NCBI GenBank assembly: GCA_032718475.1 | Contig: JAUCBJ010008751.1 | Span: forward strand, 1 to 32,883 | Reading direction: 5' to 3' | DNA: 32,883 bases | From: Nemertoderma westbladi | Taxonomy: Eukaryota; Animalia; Xenacoelomorpha | Shown: one piece after another, positions 1 to 11,289 of the stretch | Layout of the letters: each line of letters begins with the position of its first letter | How positions within the stretch are numbered: position 1 is the first letter of the stretch | Position numbers and translations under genes: made by a program | The notes under the pieces: model-generated | The model's database searches: none | Told to the model about the DNA's origin: nothing | Seen by the model: only the letters and a program-made list of their open reading frames with translations

Positions 1-183
1 TTGGTCTTTATATACTTGTATATATATATATATATACTAGTATACTGGTATATATAAAAGATGGTCCACAAAGCAATTATACTCTAGAAAATTTTTGTTG
101 GAGGAGCAAAGTTGAGCTGTTAATGTTAATGTAAATGTGACAACATATTTTTTATTTATAAGACTTGCCTATATTTTACTTAC

Positions 184-315
184 CTCTGCATGTATTATCA
201 TCGATACTTCGAACATAGCTTGTAGCACATTGACAAATTGGCTGCCCTCTTTCTACTTTACATTCATATTCAATGCCACTATGAGGACAGTTGCTGCAGG
301 GATCATCTGTTGGAC
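184..315 (-). CDS. Host gene exon, EGF-like domain (phase 1-1)
   Basis: Minus strand: tgtag|GT acceptor at 317/316 and AG|gtaagt donor at 183/182. The 132-bp open exon reads PTDDPCSNCPHSGIEYECKVERGQPICQCATSYVRSIDDNTCR: 6 Cys with the CxC...C EGF ending. Confidence 0.8.
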
Positions 316-759
316 CTACATAATTCATTTATAATTATTTATCATGTTTTGAAATATATACAAAACCATTACAGGTATGAGATGTTGAAATTCACACAAC
401 CCAATGGAACGGAACTACTAATTAAGATAATAATTAGTTAACAAATAAATGAGTTTTGGAACCTTGATAGGCGTCGATTACAAAACGGCCTCGTTTCCTC
501 AAGAATTCATCGGAATAAAGTAGGAAATATTCGTCAAAACAATCATCACCACATCATTCATCTCTAGCCAGCCAATATTCAGCCTCGCATCATTGGCCGG
601 CACCTCTGTATGCTTTCATTCCATTGGTATAGTGCAGTAATTTACCTGTAGCCCTAGTAACCAGTGCTTTCTTGCAATGGCTGTATGAGATGTACGAAAT
701 TAATAATTATATTTTACACAAACCAAACAATAGGAAATTTTACAACAAGTCTAATTTTG

Positions 760-1015
760 ATAATACCCTAGTAATAATTTTAGCTACCGAATCTGGATTG
801 TAACCCATAAATCAAGATATTTTTGTACTCCCCACGTCATTGGTTAATAAATCAAAATCTTGAAATAATTCTATCCTAATTGTCTCTGTTAACTGACAAT
901 CAAATAGAACATGTGATTCTGTTTGAACTGCACCACAATTACATTTACAAATTATATCTTCCCAAGGAGTCCACTTCCCATTTCTACTCGTAAACGATGT
1001 GAACTTAAACGGAAT
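760..1015 (-). mobile_element. 3' fragment of a LINE ORF2 (RTEX-like C-terminal CCHC zinc finger)
   Basis: With one frameshift the minus strand reads FRLSSHRLRVEMG..TPWEDIICKCNCGAVQTESHVLFDCQLTETIR, the SSHxLxxExG...C..C...E.H....C motif of LINE ORF2 C-termini. Boundaries approximate. Confidence 0.7.
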
Positions 1016-1059
1016 CTACTTACATTTACACACCCGTTGTCTGGTATATATATTTACTG

Positions 1060-3294
1060 ATTAAGGATATGGAGCGCGGTTGGCGACTCGCCCTTGCATC
1101 ATCAGATGGTAGTGGCAATGGTGGAATTGGTCTATTGATGAATCCAACTGCACATGCAGCATTGGATAAAATAGACCAAATCTCTAACCGCATCATCCGT
1201 TGCCACTTCTCATGTTCTGGAAGACTGGCTAAAGAGTTTCCTAAAGTGGTTCTGATGTGTGCTACTCTCCAACTAGTGTTGCCCCTGGAGAGGAGGTGGA
1301 AAATTTCTACCACAATCTACAAGCAGCTACTGATGGAGTGGATCAGCATGCATTCTTAACATTCCTGGGAGACTTTAATGCAAGGCTGCATCAATCACCA
1401 ACATCGCCCTGGGTATATAGCGATAGTGTAAACCGAAATTCCGTCAGGATTTTATCTCTGGAAATGGATTGTTTTTGGCTGGAACCCAGTTCAAGAAGCG
1501 AACTGGAAAGCTATGGACTCAGTGGACCCAGTGGTGACAAGTCCCAGATAGACTATATTCTGTTTCGTAGGAAATACAGGAGCTCTATCCAAGACTGTAA
1601 TGCATTTACACTTCGACCCTTCTCCAGTGATCACCGCCTTATTGTGGCCAAGGTAAGACTTAGTCTGCGTGCTAGCAAAACAACGAAATCTGCCTTGCTG
1701 CGGCATGACTGGTCCTCTGTTGCAACAGCCAAGTGTGAGATCTAGCTTCACACTACAGCTGAGCAACAGGAATGAGGTTCTTGCCTGTGAGGCGGCAGAT
1801 CTTTTTGCACTCTTTTTGCACCTTATAGAGGTAATTTCGGCACTTTTGAATTTTTTGGTCAGTCCAGGGGATGCTTTTCCTGTTTCGAGGGTATACAGGA
1901 ACTGTTTCTGCAGCTGCTAACTTAACTGCTTCTGTGAAGGCAGTATAGCCCTCGCGAGGGCTCTTTCTGCGAGGGCTATACTGCCTTCACAGAAGCAGTT
2001 AAGTTAGCAGCTGCAGAAACAGTTCCTGTATACCCTCGAAACAGGAAAAGCATCCCCTGGACTGACCAAAAAATTCAAAAGTGCCGAAATTACCTCTATA
2101 AGGTGCAAAAAGAGTCCATACTCAAACAGACTACAGCGGACAATAATGCAGTTAAGGCTGCATCTAGATCCCTGAACAGGCAGTACTCTGTTAATCTACA
2201 GGAGCTTATAAACCAACAGGTTGATGCCATCAATGAAGCTGATGACAGCAGGCAATCATCGCAGGCATGGAAATCGATCAACTTGCTTACTGGGCGGAAA
2301 AGCCAACCAATCACCAAGGTTAATGCAGAATCACAGGCCGATTGCATCAGTGGTTGGAAGGCCCACTTTGAAAAGCTCATCAATATTGACAAGTTATTGC
2401 CTGATAACTTTATAGAAGTAAAAGTGTCTGAGTCTGTACTCCCAGATATTCCCATTGGCGATATCTCCTTTGCAGAAGTGAAGGCTACTGCAAAGAGCAT
2501 TAAGACCAATCGTGCCAGTGGAGTAGATGGTGTTCCCCCTGAGGTCTTTAAAATACCTGAGTGTTTAAAGCTCATCTATCCCATCATAGTAGACAGTACA
2601 GAACAACAAGAGTCCCACAAGAAATGAAAACAAATAAGTTGGTGCCAGTTCCCAAGGAGGGCAACCTAACACTCTATGGTTCTTTTCGGGGAATCTCATT
2701 AATCTCGATTCTGCAAAGCTATACAATAAAATTATATTAAATCGCATCAGGGATCCCATTGAGAGACTGCTCCGTGGAAATCAGAATGGGTTCCGCAAAG
2801 GTCGTGGGACTATGGATTCCATTTTGGCACTTAGAAGGATAATTGAAGAGTTATCAAAAAATACTGACAGGCATCTGGCTGTTATTTTTGTTGACTTCTT
2901 CAAGGCCTTTGATTCAGTCTCTCGCTCACGTATGTTCAGTATACTTTCATTATATGGGATTCCTGATGAAATTACTGCAGCAATCAGGTCAGTATACGAT
3001 GGTTCGACAACATTTGTGTCTACTGTTGATGGTGACACAGAACCATTTGAAGTATTATGCGGAGTCCCCCAAGGAGACACACTTGCATCCTCATGGAGTG
3101 AATAAGCATGGTGGACAGCCCATGACTTTCTTGAGACGCATCTTAAAGGACACTGGCCTTGAAGATGCGGATGATCTAGCAAATGTCATGGGTGATAGGG
3201 AGTTGTGGCGGTGCAATTTTGTTGACAAGCCGGCACAGCATTCTTAAAAATGCAGCTGCATTGCAGCATGCCGATCCTAGTAGTAGTAGTAGTA
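1060..3294 (+). mobile_element. Degenerate RTE-clade LINE (APE endonuclease plus partial RT), 5'-truncated and internally deleted, (TAG)n tail
   Basis: EN motifs GGIGLL, CYSPT, LGDFNARL, SQIDYIL, SDHRLI. RT motifs QNGFRKGR, FVDFFKAFDSV, GVPQGDTL. The sequence then jumps to the RTE-type C-terminus (DTGLE..LANVMGDRELWR) and a (TAG)5 tail at 3278-3294. Multiple frameshifts; the YADD region is missing. Confidence 0.88.
1809..2115. repeat. Perfect 147-bp inverted repeat (1809-1955 / 1969-2115) with 13-bp spacer
   Basis: Base-by-base comparison shows the left arm is the exact reverse complement of the right arm. The right arm is sense LINE coding sequence (EGYTAFTEAVKLAAAETVP..RKSIPW). Confidence 0.97.
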
Positions 3295-4384
3295 TATTCG
3301 ACTTTGTATAGATAGAATGCACCTCTATATTCGGATTTAATTGTATGTATGTAGTAAATTTACTTTGAGTTAATGACTTATGTTGTATATCGACAGATAA
3401 TTCGACTTTATTCTGATTAATTATGTCGTAATTTACCGATAATAATTTCATAAGATACCTATATGTGTTTTCCTCCTTCTTACACATTGGAAAGATTTGA
3501 ACAGGGGGTCGTTCTCATACCAAATTTTCATCTGCTTAGTTAAGGATTTTTTTAATGCTCGAATCAATAATGGACTGAACTTCAGCTATTTATCTTTCCT
3601 AGAACTAACGAAATTATCGGCTGAATACAATATAGCGGTTAATAAAACACTATCGAAAACTTTCTTCTTTAACACAAAAGGCATATTTTGGTTTACAGCA
3701 CAAAAAGCCGCAACGCTGTTAATAAAAATAAATGTTGTCTTAACTTCATTAATAAACATGTTATGCGAAACACAAAACTGGTTAAGAACATATTATTTCA
3801 AAAAGCACTGCGACCTAGATTCAGCTAGTTATTAACAATCGCAATGTTAAAATTTGTTCGAACACGATCTCCCGACCACGACCTCCTGCTTGTACTGTAC
3901 TCAATTTGGTTTTCTCCAACGGATATATATACAGTACTTGTACTAGCTTCTGGGTATAACTTTTGGTATATTTGGTATACTTTTGCCGTATCAAACCGCA
4001 CACGTTCGTGGGGCCTTCGCGCAGCACGAGGCCCAGTTATGAGATACAAATTAAAATTGTGCGACTGTATCACAAAATCAGGTTATGAGAGATTAACCCA
4101 CACCACCAATTAATCAAAGAAAGGGGGACAGTACGTGTTCACCCCTTTTAATCTGCACCCCCCCCCTCCCCCCACCCACCAATACATAACCGCGACATCT
4201 ACCACCCACGGAAGGGTAGCACGAACTTATTTCCAAACGCACGTTCAATATGCAAAGCCAGGTGGTTTATAGGAATATAATCAATGCAGTACTCGTCTTC
4301 ATTATAAGCCTCTTTGCGTTCGACCTGTTTTGTATTAAAATATATTTATTAAACGCAGGCCGACGCTCTTTATAATAATGATAC

Positions 4385-4680
4385 CTAGGGATGCCAGCTT
4401 CCAGACTTTCAATCTTTACTGCCGCGCAAACCCCGCAGAGGAAGTTTTGGTTTGAGAGATCAAGCCCATCGGCAATTGGTGTTTCAATTTCGGTCCAGGA
4501 ACTCTAACAATGGGAGCATTCAATCTTAGCTGTGGTCCATTCCCGTGGTTTCGGTTTCCTTTTCTTCGTCCCAATGACAGATTCTTCTGAAGACGTTCGA
4601 TTCGCTTTCAGTTTATTGTTGGCGTTTGTGTTTTGAAGTTGTATTCGAGTGGACAGTCGCGCCGGTTTCGAGGTAACCAT
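4385..4680 (-). pseudogene. Degenerate PHD-finger-like coding fragment (possibly a LINE ORF1 N-terminus)
   Basis: Reading through one TAG gives MVTSKPAR...KIECSHC*SSWTEIETPIADGLDLSNQNFLCGVCAAVKIESLEA: CxxC..W...F.CxxC followed by a coiled-coil-like stretch. Confidence 0.35.
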
Positions 4681-5364
4681 ACCGACCTGTGATAAGCGTT
4701 GGTTTTGTTGAGTGCCGGTATTCATCTTCTCTCACCTCTTCAATGTCAGATGTTGCAAATACTGATAACACGAATAACGGTATATATTTCAATACTTGTC
4801 AATAGTGATATATATAATTTAGATAACTATTTTATATCTGTACTGTTGAGCAAACTCTACATAAATTCCAACCTGTGTATCGCCGGTAGTGCTGTTGCTG
4901 TGCAAGTGCTGAAGTGCTAGTTGCCACCGGTCAGCCGGTACCGGTAGTAGGGTGGTACCTACAATGGCAGTACAGCAATACGGTGTACCGTGCCAATGAC
5001 TGAATGATTAGCGGTAACTATCTAAACTATTATATTATTATTACCGGTGCCGGTACTGGGCTAATTAGGCCTAAACTATAATCACCGCAAGGGTTGCCGG
5101 GGCCATGTTTAATTAGATTACATGATATGGCATGTCTGCAGTGTATGGTACCGGCTGACAAGTATTGCAGTATTGGCTGATTGCAGGATTCTCGATTCAG
5201 GGATTGAGTACAGCCTGACAGTACCGGTACACATGGTACATGCAGATTGGCAGACAGCCCCAATGTATTGCAAAATTTGTCAGAAACCCAGCTGATTTAT
5301 CCTACAGTAATAATAATTTAACGCATTTTAAATTTGGATAAATAAATTTATTATAACTGCAATA

Positions 5365-5595
5365 ACAGTTACACTGATGCTGCACGAAGGCCCCACGCAA
5401 ATTCTACTTGGAAAATTTTCAAATTTTTGCCAAACAACATGTGTACCAAGTTTGGATAGATTTCATCAAGGATTGGCCGAGTTATTAACGTTTAAAATAA
5501 AATACTGAAAAAAAACGTGACAGAACGACAGAACGACAGGTTGATTAATGGTACCCCTACGCTAAGGCTCACTCACTTCGTGGCTCGCCCCACAT
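5365..5595 (+). mobile_element. Helentron-associated (HINE/DINE-like) non-autonomous repeat fragment
   Basis: Contains tgtaccaagtttg...atttcatc...gagttat, a GACAGAAC microsatellite (5519-5539) and a GC-rich 3' segment, the usual layout of these repeats. Assignment by resemblance only. Confidence 0.35.
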
Positions 5596-7556
5596 ACTCT
5601 TATGTGCGTATGTAATGGATTCCTATGGAGAATTGTCCGTATGTGATTTTAGAGATTAGTCATTTTGGACCAGTAAAAAGTGCACAGCACACATGCAGAC
5701 AGCTGCAGACAGGTAGGAAAACTTAAAGCGAAGTGATTTAAAGAGTGCAGCAGCTGGCGGCCACTACCTTTTAGCAAATAAACAATGCAGACAGGCAGGG
5801 CAGGTCCAGGATGAGTGATAGCCAGTCAGCTCCGGAATGTGCCAGCAATGCAGTACCTATTTTCTTGCCGCCGACTAGTAAACTAACCCAGCAGCCAACC
5901 GTGATCTATTTTTACTGTGTTCTATTTTTTGAGTTTGTTGGTTGCTACAGTATATGGCCCTAGCAGTATAACAGCGGCATCAATCACCAGATGAGAATGA
6001 TAAGGCATAAGGGAATAGACATTCACAGATATTTAAAACCATCCTATACTGTCCTTCTTTGTGAATTTATTAACATATAATATACCTTACTTTCGCAGTA
6101 ATTAGTCTAAGGCCAACCGGGCAGCCAGGAGTCAGTTAGTCCAAGAAAACGAGCGCTGTGGGAAAACCCCCCTTACTATTTATGATATTTATATTTATAG
6201 TACAATTAGTGAAAAAACACCATTGAAAAACTATGTAATTCGACAGAAGCATTTCTGTTCTTCTGAAAAAAAATAATATATTTTACATTGGTGCAATGGG
6301 ATATATAAAAATTTGTTTAAAAAGGGCCATAGGAGTTGAGAATTAGTCTGTGCATACTTTCCATTTTAGTAACATTGGGCATTGGGGTTAAAAGTATCAT
6401 ACAGACGAGTATGAAAGGGATGCCCCTTCTAATTCAGGCAAGTTCACTCAAAAATACCCATTGCGACTGCCTGGAATGTTTCCACAAATATTTTACCAAA
6501 GAATTAGAATGTTCCTAGAAAATATATTGAAATATATAATTATTAAGCAGAATTAATAACATGATAATGTTGAATTATTATTTGAGTCAGCTTCCTCGGA
6601 CTAAGAAGCACTCATTATTACTTCGAGATCATCATTGGTTACTACTACTTCTTTGTCTAACTCTGTTCTCACCCTCATACCAATAAACCCTCCCTATACC
6701 GGTAATGACTATCCCAGATTCATGCAGTACCGAAGCAATCCTGTTCTTGGCTTCCAGCGATAGCTAACAACATAGGGTGACAATTTCGTCGTCCTTACCG
6801 CTGAGTAAGAGTATCGGTACTGTGGTAGGTGTAGCTGTAGTAGCTGACGAGGCAACATAGAGTACTGACACTTAAACAGTATCGCTTTCATTGACTGGCA
6901 AATATACATTCTAACTCAAATAAATCAGGACATGAACTTCAACTACTTGATCTTGAAATTGGATATTCATTGTAAGGCCTTCTGCAGTATGGGTATTCTT
7001 TTTAATTGTTTATTCAATGTCTATAATTGTGTTTAAATTTCTAAAGGTATTTTTAGTATTTTGTGAATAAATGAGGATTGTAAAGTAAAAAAAAAGTATG
7101 GTTATTACAATACTATCAGCATATGTAAAAAAAAAAGCAATTAAGATAATCAGGTATGGGATACTGAAAGCAATAAAGGAATGATTTAAGGTATTCATAC
7201 AATACAGCTAGATTTCCATAATATGTACTGTAGTAGGCCCTACATTGTTTAGTATTTCATAAATCAAGTGAACCAATCATTGTTGTTTTAGCCATAGCAA
7301 AAGTTAACACATTTTGAACATTGAGTGAATGGGCGAATATGTTGTTTTGTCTATCAAAAGTGGATAACAACAATAAATATCAAATAATATTATTAATAAT
7401 CATTATCAGATAGTTTTTTAGTTTCCTTATTTCAGCTGGGCCTAGTTCAGATATCACACCCTTCAAAAGTTGTTTATAATATATAAAACAAATGGAGTGA
7501 AGCCTGCACTGAGTGAAAAAAAATGTGGAGCCAGGAATAACTATTTAAGAACTTAC

Positions 7557-7829
7557 ACATGAAATGATCTGCATCCACTTTGTCGAAGAAAGCAACATTA
7601 TCTTCGTATGTATTTATGACATCAACTAGTTTGGTGGTTGGATTTTCTGTTGTTTCAAAACCACAAAATCTAGGAGTTTCCCATGCCCACACAAATGCGT
7701 TACATTTGTCCTTTACGCTGCACCCTGAGGCGCATTCAGCAAATGTGTTGATGTTTGTTTGATGCCGTAAATCAACATCTCCCAGGAATTGAGTGTGGCA
7801 TGGTTGGCTGAATATTCCAGCCCATGGTA
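7557..7829 (-). CDS. Host gene exon, PAN/apple domain (phase 1-1)
   Basis: ttccttag| acceptor at 7831/7830 and T|gtaagt donor at 7556/7555. The 273-bp stop-free exon reads PWAGIFSQPCHTQFLGDVDLRHQTNINTFAECASGCSVKDKCNAFVWAWETPRFCGFE..., with the PAN pattern C-x3-C-x5-C-x2-F...C. Confidence 0.8.
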
Positions 7830-8249
7830 CTAAGGAAATAAAATATTATGTCAACTAAATTGCCATGGTGTTGGTGTTATAAGGTTCTTAACAAGTTATT
7901 ATGCAATGGTTTACAAGGTTATCTATTATATATCCCCCCTCTATCCACTTAGATATATGGGAAAGAAGAATAAGATATTAATGAATGGCGCTCTTTCCTT
8001 TGATCTTAATTTATATAAGTTAAGTTACGTCTAGGGCTGACTGCCCCCAGCCGCAAGCGACTTATTAGACGTCAACAATACTCAATTACATAACAAACTG
8101 ACAATAATACTGACCGGAACCAATACAAGAATACACAAGAATACACCAATATAAATGAATACAACAAAAATATAACTGAATGACAGCAATATGTACTGTA
8201 CATGTGTACAATACCTATTTACTGTATACCACCTACTACACCCTTTATT

Positions 8250-8640
8250 TATTTGTGACCATAAGAAATCCACTCCTACTCTCTCACATTTTAAAAATCG
8301 ATTTGGATAATTTTATTTGTTTGAAGTTCAATAGATTTTTTAGTGAATCTGTGCTACCCTGGAAGTCGATTATATATAACCATCCCTTACTAATCTCCCA
8401 CAATCAAATAAAAAGTGTTCCTCAGTTTCAATCTCCCCAGTGTTGCAGAGTGGACAAATACGGTTTTCCAAAGCAATATTGTAAAATAGTGCTAGAGGTA
8501 CAGTAGGATACCACATCTAAATTGCGCCATTCTAGATCGGTGACCCCTTGATAGACTATGTTTCACGTATGGTTCGACTTCTAATTCTTCCTTAAACTTA
8601 CGATATGTCCTTAACTTCGGCTTAGATAGGACTTCACTTT
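8250..8640 (-). mobile_element. 3' end of an RTEX-like LINE ORF2
   Basis: Minus strand reads KPKLRTYRKFKEELEVEPYVKHSLSRGHRSRMAQFRCGIL and then ALENRICPLCNTGEIETEEHF.FDC (CCHC finger). Boundaries approximate. Confidence 0.8.
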
Positions 8641-8675
8641 TAATGGTGCAATATTATGGGTTTATTCAGAAGTGG

Positions 8676-8777
8676 AAAAATGGGAAAGCGCGTCATCGGG
8701 GGTTGAACCAGCGCTATACGTACGTTTCAGCATATCAGGCCTCATCAGTAGCGCTAACCAGTTCAGCCACTTGCCCC
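8676..8777 (-). ncRNA. tRNA-like Pol III unit (SINE-head type) with an embedded hammerhead ribozyme
   Basis: Minus strand: A-box TGGCTGAACTGG (8769-8758), B-box GGTTCAACCCC (8709-8699) and a T5 run (8680-8676). The hammerhead lies between the boxes. Confidence 0.65.
8710..8755 (-). ncRNA. Minimal type I hammerhead ribozyme
   Basis: AGCGCTA-CTGATGA-GGC(CTGATAT)GCT-GAAA-C(GTAC)G-TA-TAGCGCT. Full core, 7-bp stem I, 3-bp stem II, palindromic minimal stem III (ACGTACGT) and a GUA cleavage triplet (cut between 8717 and 8716). Confidence 0.85.
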
Positions 8778-9109
8778 TGACACTCACACTCCCACCTAAT
8801 CCACTTCTATTGAACGGGCAGTCTTAAGTTGCATATATTCTATCTCTAACAGCGGACTAACGGCCTCAAGTATGCTAGAGTGAAACAGGAGGGAATTACA
8901 ATACATATTCAGCTCGAGTATTGCTGCCAGGTGATATTAATTAAAATAAATTGGAAATGAGCTGTTGCAACTGTAATTAAAGGTAATCACTTTTAATAGC
9001 ACAACTATGGGCAAAACGATCCACTCCAAGCTACCATATTATAGCAGACAACTGAGCGGACCTTATAACTGTCGAATCCCGATATCCCCAAATTGCCGAA
9101 ACATAATCG

Positions 9110-9655
9110 AGTATCAAAATTTTTGAAATATTCAATGAATTATATATATTACCGCGATTTATAGGTTTTCTGTGATTGTAAATTCAATGGTAATGAAATT
9201 GAGATAATCCAAGTAACGGGACAACCACTTTTCATGTGGGCACCAAAAGTTGGTGCAGCACGAAATTTTCAAAATTACTAGTATATATACTGTATAATAT
9301 AATATGTTATCTCCTCCCTATCTTTGAAAATATTTATATAAAAGGCATTTTAGTTTCTCGGATGAACTCCATTTTATTACCATTATATTCACAATCACAA
9401 AAAAGGAATATAGATCATACTGTAGAATGAAAAAAAATGCATTTTGAAAATTTCGAGCAGCGGATGCACCCACTTTTGGTGCACGCACGAAAAATGGTAA
9501 TTGCATTACTCCTATGAACTTCATTTCAAATCCATTGAATTCGCGATCACAGAAAACCTATAAATTGCGGGAATATAGGTCAAATAATGATAATTTCGAA
9601 ACAATAAATTTTGAAATTTCGTGTAGCACCCAATTTTGGTGCCCACACGAAAATC
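9110..9655. mobile_element. MITE/foldback-like element with imperfect inverted repeats
   Basis: 9152-9190 is inverted relative to 9532-9570. The block at 9229-9276 is inverted relative to ~9441-9494 and ~9608-9653. Confidence 0.6.
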
Positions 9656-9759
9656 TAAACACTACAAACTAAACATTAGATATATTCTACTCAACTCCAG
9701 ATCCAAAAAGCGATACAGAATAGGATTTGTTTGGTTTTGGGCAACTTTATAATTTACTC

Positions 9760-9979
9760 TAAAATTTTTTATTTTTTTATTTTCAAAAATCCTGACATCT
9801 GTGCGAGAAAGGTCCTGTATGAAAGTTAGAACCGCGGTTTTTTAAATTTGAAAGAGGAATAAATTTGAGGAAAAGTCAAGAAGTTTCAAGGTCATACCTC
9901 CAACCCATTAGAAACGCCAGTGGCTTTTATAATGGTCTGGGCGGATCCCCCCCCCCCCCCCCCAGGTAGATTGGGTGAA
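9760..9979. mobile_element. End of a piggyBac-like non-autonomous element
   Basis: A poly-C tract followed by AGGTAGATTGGG|TGAA resembles a GGG|TTAA terminus. It truncates the adjacent LINE endonuclease. The other end was not found. Confidence 0.35.
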
Positions 9980-11260
9980 TGCATGTAAAATCATTGCATG
10001 ATGACTCTATATCCCTACCATGAACTATACAAATTTTACTTTCTAGACAAAAATTAATAAGCTGGGTACCATGACTATTGACAGGTGAGTCAACATTAAC
10101 ACGTGACGGAATGATACAATCACAACCACTTATAGTATCCCTGTACGCGCATGAAAGCCACACAGGGCGACAATTTTGTCAACTAGCTCACAGTTAACAA
10201 TTATCTGAGAAAGCCTAGTAGTGTAAAAGTCATTAGTATCACGACCATATGCAGAGTTAGCAGGTGGTAAATAACAGCCAAACAAAAGTAATGGATAATC
10301 GGTAGTATTTGAATGAACTAAACTGAACTGAACTTTTGACTCAACAAAAGGTCTACGAATTCGTCTAAAATTTTTACATTGTAACTACTGAATACCAAAT
10401 CTTTAATTAGTACCCCGACCCTCCCAAAGCATTTTTTAGCTTTCCGATTTGATATAGAATGTGCATTACCTAACCAACTGCAGTATTTAAAGAATAGGTC
10501 GCGGTGACTTTCAGTAATGACAATTACGTCCACAGGTAGTCGACGAATTGTCACTCTTTGTTTTGAACCCATCTCAAAGGAGACACATATAACCCATTGG
10601 GATTACTCAGATCATGGAGACCACCATTCTTTATAAGCTTCATTCATGCGGCGCTCGAGCTACTTCTCCTCCGAAAGATAAACTTCTTAAACTTGTTCCC
10701 ACTTCCTCTTAGCTTCGATTTATTCTTTAAGACTTTGTTACGATCTTCTGCAGTGCTAAACTCCATCTTTGTGGGAGGAGTTGTACCAGATTCAAGTCTA
10801 TCCACCTTTATCAGAGATATAGATTCGCAATTGATGACCTTCAGGATTTCACATGTGACAACATTGGGTTTCTCACTGTTGCGAAATTGTAGGTTCGCCA
10901 CAATTACAGTATTTTTTTAATTACGCCACCTAAACATCTGAACTTGTCTTCGAATTCTATCTAATCTCCATCCATCCAAGTTCGAACTTTCGACTAGGAC
11001 TTCCACCTTGACGAGACTCACTATTCTGTCAGTGTTTTTAGCAATGATTTGACTAACCTCAGCTGCTGCCACCTGCACTCAGTCATCCTTAGAAATAATA
11101 TTGATGATGGCATCTTTATTAATCGAATGAAGTCTGGATTTCGATACAGCGCGCAGCTCTGCTACCATTGATGGTGTAGACTGGCTGCCATAGACTCACC
11201 ACCATCCATTATTATATATTTAAAATTGTAGATTATTAGGAGCCCACTTGACAGCGGAAT
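9975..11260 (-). mobile_element. 5' part of a degenerate LINE (ORF1 with RRM-like region plus APE endonuclease), RTEX/CR1-group-like
   Basis: ORF1-like KNTVIVANL...MEFSTAEDRNKVLKNKSKLRG. EN motifs DVIVITESH, GRVGVLIK, GCYLPPANS, VNSHGTQLINFCLESKICIVHGR and NDFTC. Probably the same element as 8250-8640. Confidence 0.8.
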
Positions 11261-11289
11261 ACTTACTGTAAGAATCTCAGGGATACTTT

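Noticed and set aside
440-680. Selenoprotein-like frame with two TGA-Cys pairs on the minus strand
   Set aside because: No SECIS recognised and no matching donor site; a decayed exon or chance is more likely.
3497-7200. Assorted short ORFs in AT-rich DNA
   Set aside because: No motifs and low-complexity composition; consistent with random intronic ORFs.
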